A stretch of DNA of 64,000 bases, from assembly GCA_030704615.1 (NCBI GenBank), contig CM060732.1, forward strand, positions 16,492,001 to 16,556,000, read 5' to 3'. The stretch comes from Takakia lepidozioides (lineage: Eukaryota > Plantae > Bryophyta). Made by a program: the position numbers and the translations under genes. This document shows, piece by piece, positions 39,275 to 52,198 of the stretch (within the stretch, counting starts at the first letter, position 1; each line of letters begins with the position of its first letter). Under the pieces are notes generated by a model. It did not search any database. It worked only from the letters and a program-made list of their open reading frames with translations, and was not told where the DNA came from.

Positions 39275-40388
39275 TGTATCTCCCCCCTAAAGCCTGTTGC
39301 TGTCACCACTAAGGCTCCTGTTGGTCTCAGTCTGTGTAAAAATTAAGGGTACCCCACAGATCCCGTAAAAACGTTTAAGTCCCAAGCAGCCCTCTAACAT
39401 TCCTTGGCCTTGAAGTAGGCCAAGAAGAGTGCACTGGGAGGAGTTTGAGAGGCTCCACCCTTGGCCGGGACTTGGAGGAAGTCGGCCGAACTAGCTAGTA
39501 GAGAGTAGAGTCAAGTGTGGGGTTTGGGTTTGGTTCTTTGCCATGGGACGCCATGGTACGGAAACAAACTCCTTGATGTGGGACGCCACAACTTGGATGT
39601 TCGTTTCCACAAAATAGACAAGCCGATGAGGACATCGACTCCCTGTTGGTAGGGGTGTGTGTCGCGGCCCTTTGCCTTGAGGGCAGGGGGTCGGGACACA
39701 AGAGGGGCTGCTCCTGTGGTGGGGGCAGTGGCAGCGATAGGTATGGGGGGCTGAAGCACCCTTGAGTGCCCAAGGCACTCAAGGAGGCGGAGGCGCTCAC
39801 TAGGTGGAGCCCCGCACACCGGGTTGCGGTGGGGGGGGCTCCACAAGGGGTGGTGGTAGCTTAGCGGGACTTAGTGGGGGTGGCATAGGACTCACCTTGG
39901 GGCGGAGACCTTGTGGTGGGAGTCGTGGGGAGTCTTGGGACTCATCACGGTCCATAGGGGCCGTGGTGGGTGGGCCAAGACTCACCGCGACTCATCACCG
40001 GGAGTCGAGGGTGTTCGTGGTGGTTTGCCATAAAATGGCATGGTTGTTTGTGAAACCCCCGCGGACAGCTACAGAAGTATATATAGGGAGTAGTAACCCC
40101 GAGAACGGTGCAAGCCCGTTGGTGACCAAAAACTAGTAAGTAAGCGAGCGAGCCGGAAAGCGACCAAAGAGTGGGGAGCTGTTCCGGACTGCCAACTACC
40201 AAAGGGAATTCCGCTGGTTCCAAATCGTTGGAGGGTTCTTTGGGAGATCAAAGGGGGGACCGTTATGCCCCGGTGAGCAGCCGGAGCTCCAAGTTGGCCC
40301 GGGCGGCTAGGTTGGGAGTTAGGCGCGCGCATCAAGCGAGTAACTATGACTTGAGGGGGGAGAGTTTACCGAAGTGAGGTGCGCGACA
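39275..40388. mobile_element. Probable solo LTR (TG...CA, ~1.1 kb), no TSD
   Basis: Starts TGTATCTCCCCCC and ends GAAGTGAGGTGCGCGACA. The last ~140 bp are homologous to 57957-58096, which ends at the same CA. Left boundary is uncertain by about 2 bp. Confidence 0.65.
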
Positions 40389-41115
40389 AATCCTCGGCAA
40401 GCATCTCACCTTCCTTGCTTCAACATTTTCAAAATTTATCCTTCCAAGCTGCGATTTGGAGTCTAGGTGCAGAAGCTTCAGCACATCCAGTATAGATTGA
40501 GCAGGCTGTGCGAATTTAACGTTGTTGCCCATAAACTCCCCTCGGCGCAATTTCTGTGGAGGTTAAGCAGATTTTCCCGGAGTGCTCTCCCGCCTTCCAC
40601 TACTGGATCTAATAACCACACATTCATCGCTGTTGCCACTAGAAAGCTCAATGCTCTCAGTTTTCACCACATTAGCACCACGGATGGAAGCCAGAGTAGG
40701 ATGCTCACGAGTGGTCGACAACCTGTCTGTCATAGCTCGGACACCAAATACTTTGTATAGGACCTCACCTGTAAATGGCAGAACCCATGACTTGTTCGTC
40801 TCAAACTGGATCCAAGATGCGGGTTTCGGTGACGCCCCCTTCACTGACGTCCTCCACCTCAACAACAAGAGAGAGAGGGTCTAGATTAAACCTTCCAAGT
40901 ATTACTTTGTCAAGCAGGAACACCTGGTCTCCCTGTGCCTTCACCTTCACAAGATCGGAGGACGGTGGACATTGCAGCCTCACGAACCGTTCCATGTTCG
41001 GCTGCTTCAAGCCTGTGTCGCTATCCGGGACTCTGACGTACAAACTGGAGTACTCTACCGAATCTACCCAGCATGTGAGCACTGGGGAAGATGAGGAGCA
41101 CATGACCTGTTGCAA
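40389..41115 (-). pseudogene. N-terminal fragment of GCM/MULE transposase, copy E
   Basis: KSWVLPFTGEVLYKVFG and SILDVLKLLHLDSKSQLGRINFENVEARKVRCLP align to SIVQLLRQHHLDGSRSELAALDYAKFPVRKVTFLP. Confidence 0.65.
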
Positions 41116-41398
41116 GAATGCAACGCAGTTTACGATTTCCTAACGAACTGTACGTCAACAACGATAAGAAATAAATGCAAATGGAATATTTAATGGATTT
41201 TAGGTCGGATGAAAACCGTCTGCGCAACAATTGGCGGCGGCACGTTCAGCTGGCAACGGCCATTTCGAAACAACCATTAACCTCCTCTTCATCTGAATTT
41301 GTTCTACGCCACAGGGGGATGCCTTATTGTCGTTGCCGACCACGCCTATTTGAAATGCATGAACATTGTGAAATAGTTAGTGGGACAGGTTTTCTTCC

Positions 41399-41915
41399 GT
41401 AGTCGGTACCGACTTCATACAGTTGAAATTAATTCCGGCGATGGATCAGGCAGATTTACATTGAATTGGAAGACGAATCGGAGTAGTCGTTGGCGACTAT
41501 ACCAGTTTTTGTTGAAGTCGGCCAACAGATCTGCCAAGGTCGCCAAAGATGTTCATTTCATGTGCTTTTTTGGCAAATTGGCTTGCGAACGGAATAGTCG
41601 GCAGCGACTACTGCTAAAATTGACAAGCGCTTTCCATTAATGCACTGTAGTCGCTGCCGACTTCCTTACGAATGCACAAATTTCCCTTCCAATTGATTTT
41701 TTGGCTTAAATGTGCTTGTAGTCGGGACCGACCTTCAAATTTCCTTTAATGTGCACATTCGATTTGAAATATTGGAAGATACTCGGATGAAATTAAAACC
41801 ATTTCCCGCATTGTGAGGGTGTAGTCGGCGCCGACTACAAAAATTGGCACATGTTGTGGCGGATTGCGCCGCATGGAGGCAGTCAATGAAATCCAAGTCG
41901 GCACCGACCTTATGG
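41399..41915. repeat. Degenerate array of GTAGTCGGCGCCGACTAC palindromes (copy E)
   Basis: Perfect copy at 41821-41838; variants at about 41399, 41483, 41595, 41647, 41718 and 41895. Confidence 0.75.
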
Positions 41916-43184
41916 AATTATTGAAATTTGTAGAAATTTACAGAGTTAAAGACAGTGAACACATCCACTTCAAAGGCATTATAGTGTATGGTTGGCGCCG
42001 ATCAATTCTTGCGGATGGCATTTCCCGACTGTGTGGTTGCCAATTCAGCTCTTCAGGGATAGGCATAGGCATCCATTACACTGGAAGGGCAAGCAAGCAA
42101 ATCAACCTATGCAAGACAGATGGACAAACCATGTAACACACTAAACCATCATGCCATACACACGGGAGAAAATACCCTCTATTGGAAAAAATTCAATCAC
42201 ACTGGAGGTGTAGCAAAAGCATGAACACTCAGCCCGTGATGCTGGCATACTCACTGTTTATCAGAGGTCTGCAATTCCTAAAGAAGATTCCGCTTCATCA
42301 ACTCTACAATGCACATTTCATGCCCTCAGTTCACTAGCCTGGTTCTGAAGCCACACACAATGTTCCCACATTACCACCCACAAGAGCATGCCCTGCCATC
42401 TGGACCACTCTGCATCTCCCACCCAACCAGCCACAACAGAGAGACAAATCTCTCAAGTTTTCCAACCCGACCCTGATCCAAAACCCCTCCCCACAGCCCT
42501 CCATTCCCATACCACAAACCATGTGAATGAGGTGATATTATTGGCTATGTCAAAATCCGTAATATTTCAAGACATTTACTCCGATATGGAGTTCGGATAT
42601 TAGAAGTTGATTATACCGTTTAAGATGACTTTCTGCAAACCCGGACCCCCATTGCACCCAGAAGAGATTCGCGGATATTGACATTGACAGCGTTCGAGTC
42701 AACATAAAGTTTACCATTCATTCCTCTTATATTTCTCATCCTAAACTATTTGGATGGAGTCCAGGCCACGTGTCGGAAATGATTGCGTCGTCTAGCGGAG
42801 TGGCAGGAGGCTATTTCTCAATTTTGGGGATGTGGTACCCATCTCATATTCCTGACGTAGGTTTGGATGGAGTTAATTCGACGCACATTTAACATCCACA
42901 TCGAATGACAACAGATGGCGTGCTTCCATGGATGGGGGATTCGATTTTTCATTCGTTATTGCTATTTGAATTTTGGCGCGGGCCACGTGGCACATAGCCC
43001 CGTTACGGCGTGCAGCCGGCTGCGTGGCTCTACCTCAATTTCGTAGGCATACGTTACGGCCCGCGTAGGACGGGTTCTGATCCCTTTCCGGGTTCGGCAG
43101 TGCATACGGTCATGCGGATTCTCCTCTGCGGTGCCCGACTCTTCGGCTTCATTTTCTATTTTCGAGTAGGGGAACGTTGTCGTC

Positions 43185-44037
43185 ATGGAGCCTCAAGCGG
43201 AGGAAGAGGGGGAGTTTGTGCTGCCCACGCAAACACGCATACTGCACGGGCGGACGGTGGTCTCCCAACAGAGCAGCGAGGGTGCTAGACCTCCCAGAAA
43301 ATTAGTGAAACTTTGTAAGAAATCAACAACTTCACAGGAAGGCGGTTTGGTGTCTACAGCGGCCACACCATCGATGGATTGTCCTCCCCTCTCCCCTGTT
43401 TTTCAAAGCGGTGCATCGCCAGGTCCAGCAACGAGCGCACAGGGAGGCGGACCTGTTCAAAATGCTGCAAGTGTGCAAGACACTGTGCTGGTGGACGTTG
43501 TTTTGACTGGCGACATGCGGAAGCAAGCCCTACTCTCACTCACTACAAGTGCCATGAACCACACAAGAGTTCTATTTCGCACTTGCTGTGAAAGGGTGCT
43601 CCGCCAAGGATACCATTATGCAGGATGCAGCCCCTCCCGGCTGTGCGCATGGCTGAGCGCCCAGGCATCAACAAGCTCAAGTTGTATTTTGAGGCGGACA
43701 GGTACAATGATGCACTTGCATCACTACTACTTTCCATCAACGACGACAGTGGACAGAGCCAAGAAATCCAATAAGCAGATCGAGATGCATGGTCTGAACA
43801 TTGGCAGGCAGCGGATGCTGCATTTGAGGAAGACATAAAGAACACGGAGTGGGAGTTTCTCTCCAACAAATGGCTGCACATCTACGACGGGAATCACAGG
43901 TGGTATGCTTGGATGGAGGTCATACGCGAGCAGCACGCAGACGACGCGAGCTGGCACTACCGGGTGAACGCCAAGATTATGGATGTGATGAGTTCCGATC
44001 TGGGCCTCATACGACGTGCAATGAATCGTATGAATGT
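43185..44037 (+). pseudogene. 5' part of ParB-domain cargo gene, copy E (truncated)
   Basis: WEFLSNKWLHIYDGNHRWYAWMEVIREQHADDASWHYRV...AMNRMN|gtgag, with the same splice position as the other copies. Confidence 0.7.
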
Positions 44038-44210
44038 GTGAGTTTTTTTCTCCTCTTCTGCTCACATGAGCATAGGTATAGGGTTTAGCAATTTGGGGAT
44101 GTCGTTTGCATGGGGTTGCAGGGTTTGCATAAGCAGTCCCAGTGGGTGCTTCGTGGACCAATTCATTAATTAGACGTGTAGTGTGAGATGGAGTCGGAAG
44201 TATTGCCTGG

Positions 44211-45314
44211 TTGCATAAATTGGAGTTATGTTTGGCCAGATGCAGGATGAGAGGTCTCGGCCTGAATCCAGAGAAGTGTACTTTCTGTGTGAACTCAGGG
44301 GTGCTGTTGGGACACATTGTGTGTAAGAGGGGACTTCTTGTGGATCCCAGGAAGACAGAGGCCATTAAAGCCTCTCCACCACCAGCAAATGTTAAGAGTA
44401 TAAGGAGATTCCTTGGACAAACCAATTATTACAGAAGATTTGTCAAAAGGTATGCACAGATAGCAGCACCATTGAGCAAGCTTCTGAAGAAAGATGCAGT
44501 GTTTGCATGGACAGCTGAATGTCAACAGGCTTTTGAGGAACTTACATTATCAGTAACAACTACACCTGTGCTGATTAACCCTCACTGGCATGTAGTATTT
44601 CATGTTCACTGTGATGCCTCAGGGGAAGCGTTGGGAGCGGTGTTAGCCCAAAATGTTACAGGAAATATAGATTCACCTGTGTACTATGCTAGCAGGTTGA
44701 TGAACAGTGCTGAAAGGAACTATAGCACAACTGAAAGAGAAGCACTGGCAATGATTTATGCAGTCAAGAAATTCAGGCATTACCTATTGGGAAGAAAGTT
44801 TATGTTTTATGTGGATCACCAGGCTCTGATATATCTGGTGAACAAACCTTTGATAAGTGGAAGGATAGCAAGGTGGTTAATAATCTTGCACAAGTTTGAG
44901 TTCAAAGTTGTTTACAAGCCTGGCCGTTTGCATCTTGTGGCAGATCATTTGTCACGCCTAACAATAGGAGAGCCCGCCACAGGAGTAGACGACCAATTAC
45001 CTGATGCGAGTTTATTTGCAATGGAGGTGCAGGGAAGTGCAGATGAATGGTTAGATTGGCAGTGGCCAATCAGATACTACCTTACTCATGGTCAGTGCCC
45101 ACTTAGTTTTGGTAAGGAGCAGAGGAAGAGAATCGCTATCAAGGCTTTACCTTATACTATGGTAGGGGGCAGAATGTATAAGCTAGGACCTGATGGAGTA
45201 CTTAAACGATGCTTGTACCACCATGATTTTGGAGGAAGTTCATAAAGGAGTGGCTGGAGGTCATTTTGGAGAAGAGACTACCAGTAGGAAGATACTACTT
45301 GCAGGTTACTAGTG
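44211..45314 (+). mobile_element. Ty3/Gypsy pol fragment (RT C-terminus, RNase H, start of integrase)
   Basis: HCDASGEALGAVL...RNYSTTEREALA...YVDHQAL. Near-identical to the reverse complement of ~60903-62014. Cut by the copy F terminus at 45315. Confidence 0.9.
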
Positions 45315-46165
45315 GAGGTTTACTATTTCATGAGCAGAAACCATGAGCCATGAGCCATGAGCCGCATGAGCCGCATGAGCGGTGAGCCGAAGTCTAAGAT
45401 ACGCGGATTTCATGAGCGGACTCCTCCAAATTTGGAAATGCGGCAGATTAAACAAGTATTAAAATAATAGTTTTTTATTTGACCTTGCCGTTTTTGGACG
45501 TTCCAGATCATGTAATGCGGCGAAGATATGTCGTCAGTAACAAGTCCGCTCATGGTTTTTTAGATCCGCTCATGGAAATAAGTGACCGTGCAACGGGAAA
45601 TCCAGTATACCACTGCGAAAGGACGTCGCATACTGGCCTCTATAGAGTATTCCGCGGTTTTACATGCCTTAACATTGGAATGAAGCTGACCCTTTTGCCG
45701 CGATTGAACCAATGGAGTCTGCACCAATACAGTCTGCAGTACTTCACAATTCTGTCTTCTTCGGGTATTCGGCGGGAAAGGTTTGCAACTGAACTGGGAA
45801 ATAGGGTGCCGCATTAGGGTTCGCACGTGCGAAATTTCGGAGCGGTTTGGTTTTGGCAAAGGCCGCCTCTGGGGGTACCTACGACGATACTTGGAAATGC
45901 GGCGCCGCATTTCCTTGTCGGAGGTCGAATGAGGAAAGCAAGTTTTCGGAAAGCAGAAAAACATGAACCCTCCAACATACAAAAATACATGCACGTGGAA
46001 ACAAGTGAATGATATAGTAATATCTTAGTTCGAGCAAAACAGGTTACTGGTAGGCAAGACATATGTCGGACCTTTCTGTGGCTAGAGTCTGAGGTACTGG
46101 CAGCAGTACAGTTCTACTATCCGAAAAGGATGGGCGTACCATTGTATGGGGACCGCAAGCCAAGC

Positions 46166-49100
46166 TCACTGGTCCCCTGGATCCATATTCAGAAGAGTGT
46201 GAACCTCCTGGGGGCTCAACCCTGGTGCATGTATGAAGTGATGAGTTGTGGAATTACAACGGAGTCTCTTTAGGTACACGTAGTACAAATGCTTGCAAGG
46301 GCAGTATGATGCCCCCTTGTTCGCCATGATCTGGAAGTCGGTGCAATTGCAGGTGGGTAATTCTGAAATGGTGATGGTGTACACCTCATTGCGAACAGCT
46401 GAGCCCGCCGTGGCCATCTGATACACACGCCCGAATCCTGGTGGGGGCACTTCTGTCGAGCTTTGGATTGTACAGTTCATCCGAAGTGCATTCCCCATCC
46501 TTGTCTCGTTCACTTTTGAGGGAGGTCGCCGCCTCTTCGGTTTCCCCCAACGGTGTGTAGGATGCTTAGAGCTGTCGTGTCCCATTGTTCTTGCTCTCAC
46601 AGGGGTCGGTGGTGGAGGCTGTGGAAGCGGAAATGGTTCTCTGGGGACGTCAGTGTGCTGCACCATCCGAAATCCTGCGGCGGTAAGGGCGTCGGCCTCA
46701 ACCTGACTCAGATCGCAGCCTGGTTCCACCGGCCACACCGGGGGAGCCTCTGGCATTGTTTGTATGCCATACTTGGGCTTTCCATACACGCAAGTCATAA
46801 TGTCGTGCCTGCAGAACCAGAACTGGGTGGTTGTCGCCTCCGCAAACTTTGCATGGACAAATCTTCCTGTAAAAGTAGGAGCAGGGACAGCCCCATCTGG
46901 ATTCCTCCTTATCATCTCTAAACAACGTTGCCGTGTATCCACACGAATTGCGGAACACCTTCCTCGAAATGACGGCTTTGTGCGAGCAATTCTCCACTGT
47001 GATGCAGACACAGTCGTCTCCACAATGGCTTGGCCATACTGCATAACAACGGGCGGAATCTGGGGCAAGGGAGCGGTGGGAATTTTTTGCACGAAATCCC
47101 GGTTGAAGGCGACGGCGATCTGGAATTTCTTGGGCTTCCACTGCTGGAAGACACATTGTGCGGCAACATGACGGGACCTCGAGGTGCTGTCCGAATGTTC
47201 CTGTCGGATCTCCAGGAATCCTCTTCGCACCCGGGTTCCTCTTCAATCCTCCGCCTGACAGGGCGAGTCCGGACGTCCCCCTCTAGGTGTTCACCTCTGC
47301 GGTGCAGAGGCGTCCCTTTGATCTTCTCTCGCAATGCTGTCGCCCATTTCACTGGATTCTTGGACCTCGAAGCTGTTCGTACCAACAATTCCTCCCTGTC
47401 CGGCCCAAAGCCCCATTGTTTGCCGCTCAGGAACTTGTAGTACGTGGCTTGTTGCATGATTGCTCTGTCGATGTCCTCCGTTGTGGCCGTCACTACGTCC
47501 ACCAGATGTGCGGCAGAAGACGCTCGCCAGGAGGAGTGGACCGATTCTGCCATATTCGTGTTTGGCATGTCCGTGTCGGAATCCAAGCACCGCTCCTAGA
47601 AGGACACAAACAATGGTGAGGGACCAATCGAAATGTCCGTAACAGAAAGACAAATGAACGAAATTGACAGCAGCCTACCTCCCGCATGTACTGTCCGAAC
47701 TGTCGATACCGAAAATGCCACCACCCCAACCAGCTGTGCAATGCTCCCAGATTGGTTATCTCCACTGCACCTGACGTGTTCCACCAAGCCTCGATGATAG
47801 CAAACTTAACCTCCGCGTCATCAAATGTGGGTGCATCCTTCCACGCCGTACAAATGACACGGTGTTCAGCCTGGAATGAGCTAGCAACAAATTTGGTAGT
47901 GTAGTGGGATAGACTCTGCATCCAATGGAATCCACAGGATCTCTCTTTCCCCTCCATTGGAACATTGGGGTCCTCACCGTACACACGCCGCACCGCTGCC
48001 CAGTTGGCCTGAGCGTTGTCTGCCATGAATCCCCTGAAATTGGGCTCTGGCAATCCCGCCCTTGCCATCTGCTTGTTTATGCCCTCCCACAGATGCATTT
48101 CGGACTGTGCATCCTGACCTTTCATCTCGCAGATTACAATTGTCATGAGCCTCTTGGAGTGATAGTCATAAACATGCGCACCCATAGTCACCCACTGATG
48201 GTTTGTAATTCGTTTGATGTGATCAAACATTACCCAAGCATTCGACAAGTTTCCAGTTGTCATGCGAGTGACCAAGTCGACTCCACTCCCAGGCCCACAC
48301 GTCGACATTTTGAAAATGTAACAACGATCGGATTCGCTGCCTTGCCCTGGAAACCTGCTACCTTGGATGTAGTCATATCCAGTCATTCGTTTCACCTCCA
48401 GGATTGAGTACATGTCCGACCCCCTGCCGAACTCCTGCTTGCAAGATACGATGTGATTCCGCACATTCGGACTACAAACGTGCGAGACGGACTCCAAGAG
48501 GTCACGCATCTCGTCTTCGGTCAAGGGCTCTCGGTCGGAACCATCTTCAGACATGATTTTGCCAAGAGCAATCTTGTGGGCTGCCTTCAGCTGAATCTGC
48601 TTTGGTCTGGCTCCGGGGCTCAATTTCACCTCCTCTTTTATGATGTCGTGTGCTTCCTGCACAGCCTCACGCATGTTGCCTCTCGCCAAGGGGTGGTAGT
48701 GGACCCCAACGTGTATGCAAGCTCTAGTCAAGTCCGGGAGCAAATGGATTACGTAATATTGCTTGGCTCTGCACATGGACATGCACGTCGGTGGTTCTTT
48801 GCAATGTGCACACTTGAAAGAACCCGCAGGAGCTTGGCTGGAGACAATGAATGGATGATGCGTTGTGCCAGTCCAATCCGTCTTGTTTCTCCGCCCTCCT
48901 TTGGAGAGAAAGTGGAAGCAGGTGGGATTGAGGCACCTCAGCTTCCCCGCACAGAGGACATATCGTACACGAACACCATCAGCAATTTTCGTGCTACTGG
49001 TCTTCGTCACACACCAGGGGTGTCCGTCATGCTTTCGATCCATGTCTGTTAACATCCCGGAGGCTTTGTTTGACGAAGAACAGGTGGAAACTCGAAGATG

Positions 49101-49987
49101 ACATTGCCATCGACTTCGGGAGGCAGAAACGTTACCTTTCTGACTGGGAATTTGGCATAGTCGAGAGCAGCCAGCTCGGAGCGAGAACCATCGAGGTGAT
49201 GTTGTCGTAGGAGCTGCACAATGGACCGGGTTGGAGTTATGCTCGAGGGCACATTCGTAGCACCGACAGAGACGTCCATGCCGGATTTGAACGACCGTGT
49301 GGAGGACATGGGTACCTCAATGCAATCATCTTCCTCGTCGGAAATGTCGAATACGTCCACACGAGAAGCTATGGAGGGTCTTGACGGTCCAGGTCGGGAA
49401 TGATTATCGTTGCATACCTCTCTGTTGGCAGTGGCCGCCTCTCGGTTTCCGGACTCCTTTGTGGATGGTGTGGGCAGCGACTGATTCGGAAAGGGAATGG
49501 GCATTCCCACAGCTTGGTACAGGATGGTGTCTGACGGGGGAACGTGCCATTTGATTCCGCAACCTCCGTCGTTACCTAGCACGACAATGGTCTCGTCAAC
49601 CTGTCCAGGAACATCCTTCCTTTCTTCTTCCAAATAAACTGTGCCCGGTTTGAGCTTGAATTTGGAACAAAGGTAAGTTTCAGTCACTCTGCAAAGTCCT
49701 CCCTCGTTTGGGATCCAGGCTCTCCCAAGTTGCGGAGGACAGCAAACTATAGCATAGGAATTCGGAGCCATCGAACACCGCACGGAGTTGGCAAGTGCGA
49801 GGTTCAGTATAGCGACAGACCAAGGCTCACAGGCACCATCTAAGTGGATCTGCGGAGTCCATCGACGATTGGAAGTCGCACATTGAAGTGGAAAGTATTG
49901 TTTCAAGCTACATGCATGAAGGTGGGAGGTTTGATTCCATAGCCAGTAAGTATGACAATGATGGCCGATTCGGCGACGAAATAACAT
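46166..49987 (-). pseudogene. Mutator-like transposase: GCM-like Zn DNA-binding domain, MULE DDE core, C-terminal SWIM (two frameshifts, at least one intron)
   Basis: CAGKLRCLNPTC...CAHCK...HVGVHYHP (GCM/WRKY-like); WVMFDH (D1); GFMADNAQ (D2); SCGFHW (CxxH); NTNMAESVH (E); CNCTDF...CPCKH (SWIM). Intron ~47600-47678. Confidence 0.85.
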
Positions 49988-50194
49988 CTCCTGACAGTTT
50001 CTCCTGAGGGTGGATCCAGCAGTATTCTCGGTGCAGACAAGAACGTTCGCACTGACAAGTGCCAGGACTGTTGGTTAAAACGGTCAGACAACCAAGTTGT
50101 GCTCATCAAGACTGGCCGCAATGTTGTTTCGGAACAATGCAACCCATTTAGGTTCCAGATTTCCCGTCCCGAGTGATTCTTTCGATTGCTGTGG

Positions 50195-51850
50195 ACGGAA
50201 ATACGGCGCCGCATTTCCGTTTTGCTTCTTGGTCATGCACCAGAGCGACGGAAATGCGGCACCGAGTTTCCGTCCGGGGGAAACCTTTATACTCTCCAGA
50301 ACGGAAATGCGGTAACGCATTTCCATCCAGCAAGCACGGTATGTGAAGGTGGAACGGAAATGTGGTACCGCATTTCCGTTCTGATTGAGAATTATGAACA
50401 ACGGGAACAGAAATGCGGCACCGCATTTCCGTCCGAGTCACACTTTTCCGACATTCCAGAACGGAAATGCGGCGCCGCATTTCCATTTTGTATCTGATGC
50501 ATGGAGCTGAGGGATAGAAATGCTGCAGCACATTTCCGTCCTTAAAAGACATTCATACTCTCCATAACGGAAATGCGGTACCGCATTTCCATCCACCAAG
50601 CACGGTCTGTGAAGGTGGAATGGAAATGCGGTACCGCATTTCCGTTCTGATTGAGAATTATGAACAACGGGAATAGAAATGCGGCACCGCATTTCTGTCC
50701 GAGTCGCACTTTCCGACATTCCAGAACGGAAATGCGGCGCCGCATTTCCATTTTGTATCTAATGCATGGAGCCGAGTGCGATTCCGACAGCTTCATACAG
50801 CGCAATTCTGACCGCTTGAGACATTCATACTATCCAGAACGGAAATGCGGTACCCCATTTCCGTTCTGACTGAAAATCGTGAACCATCTGAACTGAAATG
50901 CGGCAGCGTATTTCCATCCGAGTCGCACCTCCCAACATTCCAGAACGGAAATGCGGTACCGCATTTCCGTTCTGACTGAAAATCGTGAACCATCGGAACT
51001 GAAATGCGGCAGCGCATTTCCATCCGAGTCGCACCTCCCAACATTCCAGAACGGAAATGCGGCACCGCATTTCCGTTCTGATGAAATATCCTGAAACATC
51101 GGAACTGAAATGCGGTACCGCATTTCCGTCGGAGTCGCACCTTCCGACATTCCAAAACGGAAATGCGGTGCCGCATTTCTGTTTTGTATGTGAGGCATGA
51201 AGCTGTGAAAGCGTCAGACGTTAATACTCTACAGAACGGAAATGCGGTACCGCATTTCCGTTTTGACTGAAAATCGTGCGCAACGGGAACAGAAATGCGG
51301 CACCGCATTTCCGTCCGAGTCGCACCTTCCGACATTCTAGAACGGAAATGCGGCGCCGCATTTCCGTTTTCTATATGGGGCCTGGAACTGTGCTACGGAA
51401 ATGTGTTGCCGCATTTCCATCCATGTGAGACCTTCAAACTTTCGAGACGGAAATGCGGCACCGCATTTCTGTCCAGGTGAGACCTCTATACTTTCCCGAA
51501 CGGAAATGTGGCACGGCATTTCCATTCATCAACTAACATATGTGAAGGGGGAACGGAAATGCGGTACCGCATTTCCGTTCACATTGAAAGTCATGAACCA
51601 CGGGAACTGAAATGTTGTGCCTCATTCCCGTCCGATCGCACCTTTCGACATTCCAGAACGGAAATGCGGCGCCGCATTTCCCTTTTGAATCTCATACATG
51701 GAGCTGTGGGACGGAAATGCGGCACCGTATTTCCGTTCAACAACTAAGGTATGTGAAGGTGGAACGGAAATGCGGTGCCGCATTTTCTTCCAACAAGTAC
51801 GGATGTGTAGCTTCGTGATGGTACTTAACGGAAATGCGGCGCCGCATTCG
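50195..51850. repeat. Array of palindromes ACGGAAATGCGGYRCCGCATTTCCGT, about 55-60-bp spacing
   Basis: Over 20 visible copies, with centres CG, CA, TG or TA. Confidence 0.92.
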
Positions 51851-52198
51851 CATTTTTCGCTCCAACTCATCAGACGCTGGGACGGAAATGCCTTGAAATG
51901 TGAACACGTGGAGCAACGGAATTGCTGCACATGTCGGCACTCTCTGACTGAAGGGGCATGAGGCGTTGCGGCCTGACGTTGGATAATGATGTTTGTTTTT
52001 CGGACGGCAGGCGTACCCTGAACGATTCGAATTTCGTAATGACGCAAAGTCCACGAGGAGACACTTTCGTCCAACCCTTTCGAACCCAAGTGGTGCATCA
52101 CCGCCGTTTCATCTACTTTTGTCGTGTCTCCCTCAGTCACCCCTCTCGCGCCCTTTCCATCTGCACTCTTTGCCCTTTTCCCTCTCTCTGTTCTTCTT

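Noticed and set aside
50195-51850. ATGCGG in the F palindrome resembles the animal GCM site ATGCGGGT
   Set aside because: Only a partial match, and it is absent from the palindromes of the other subfamilies.
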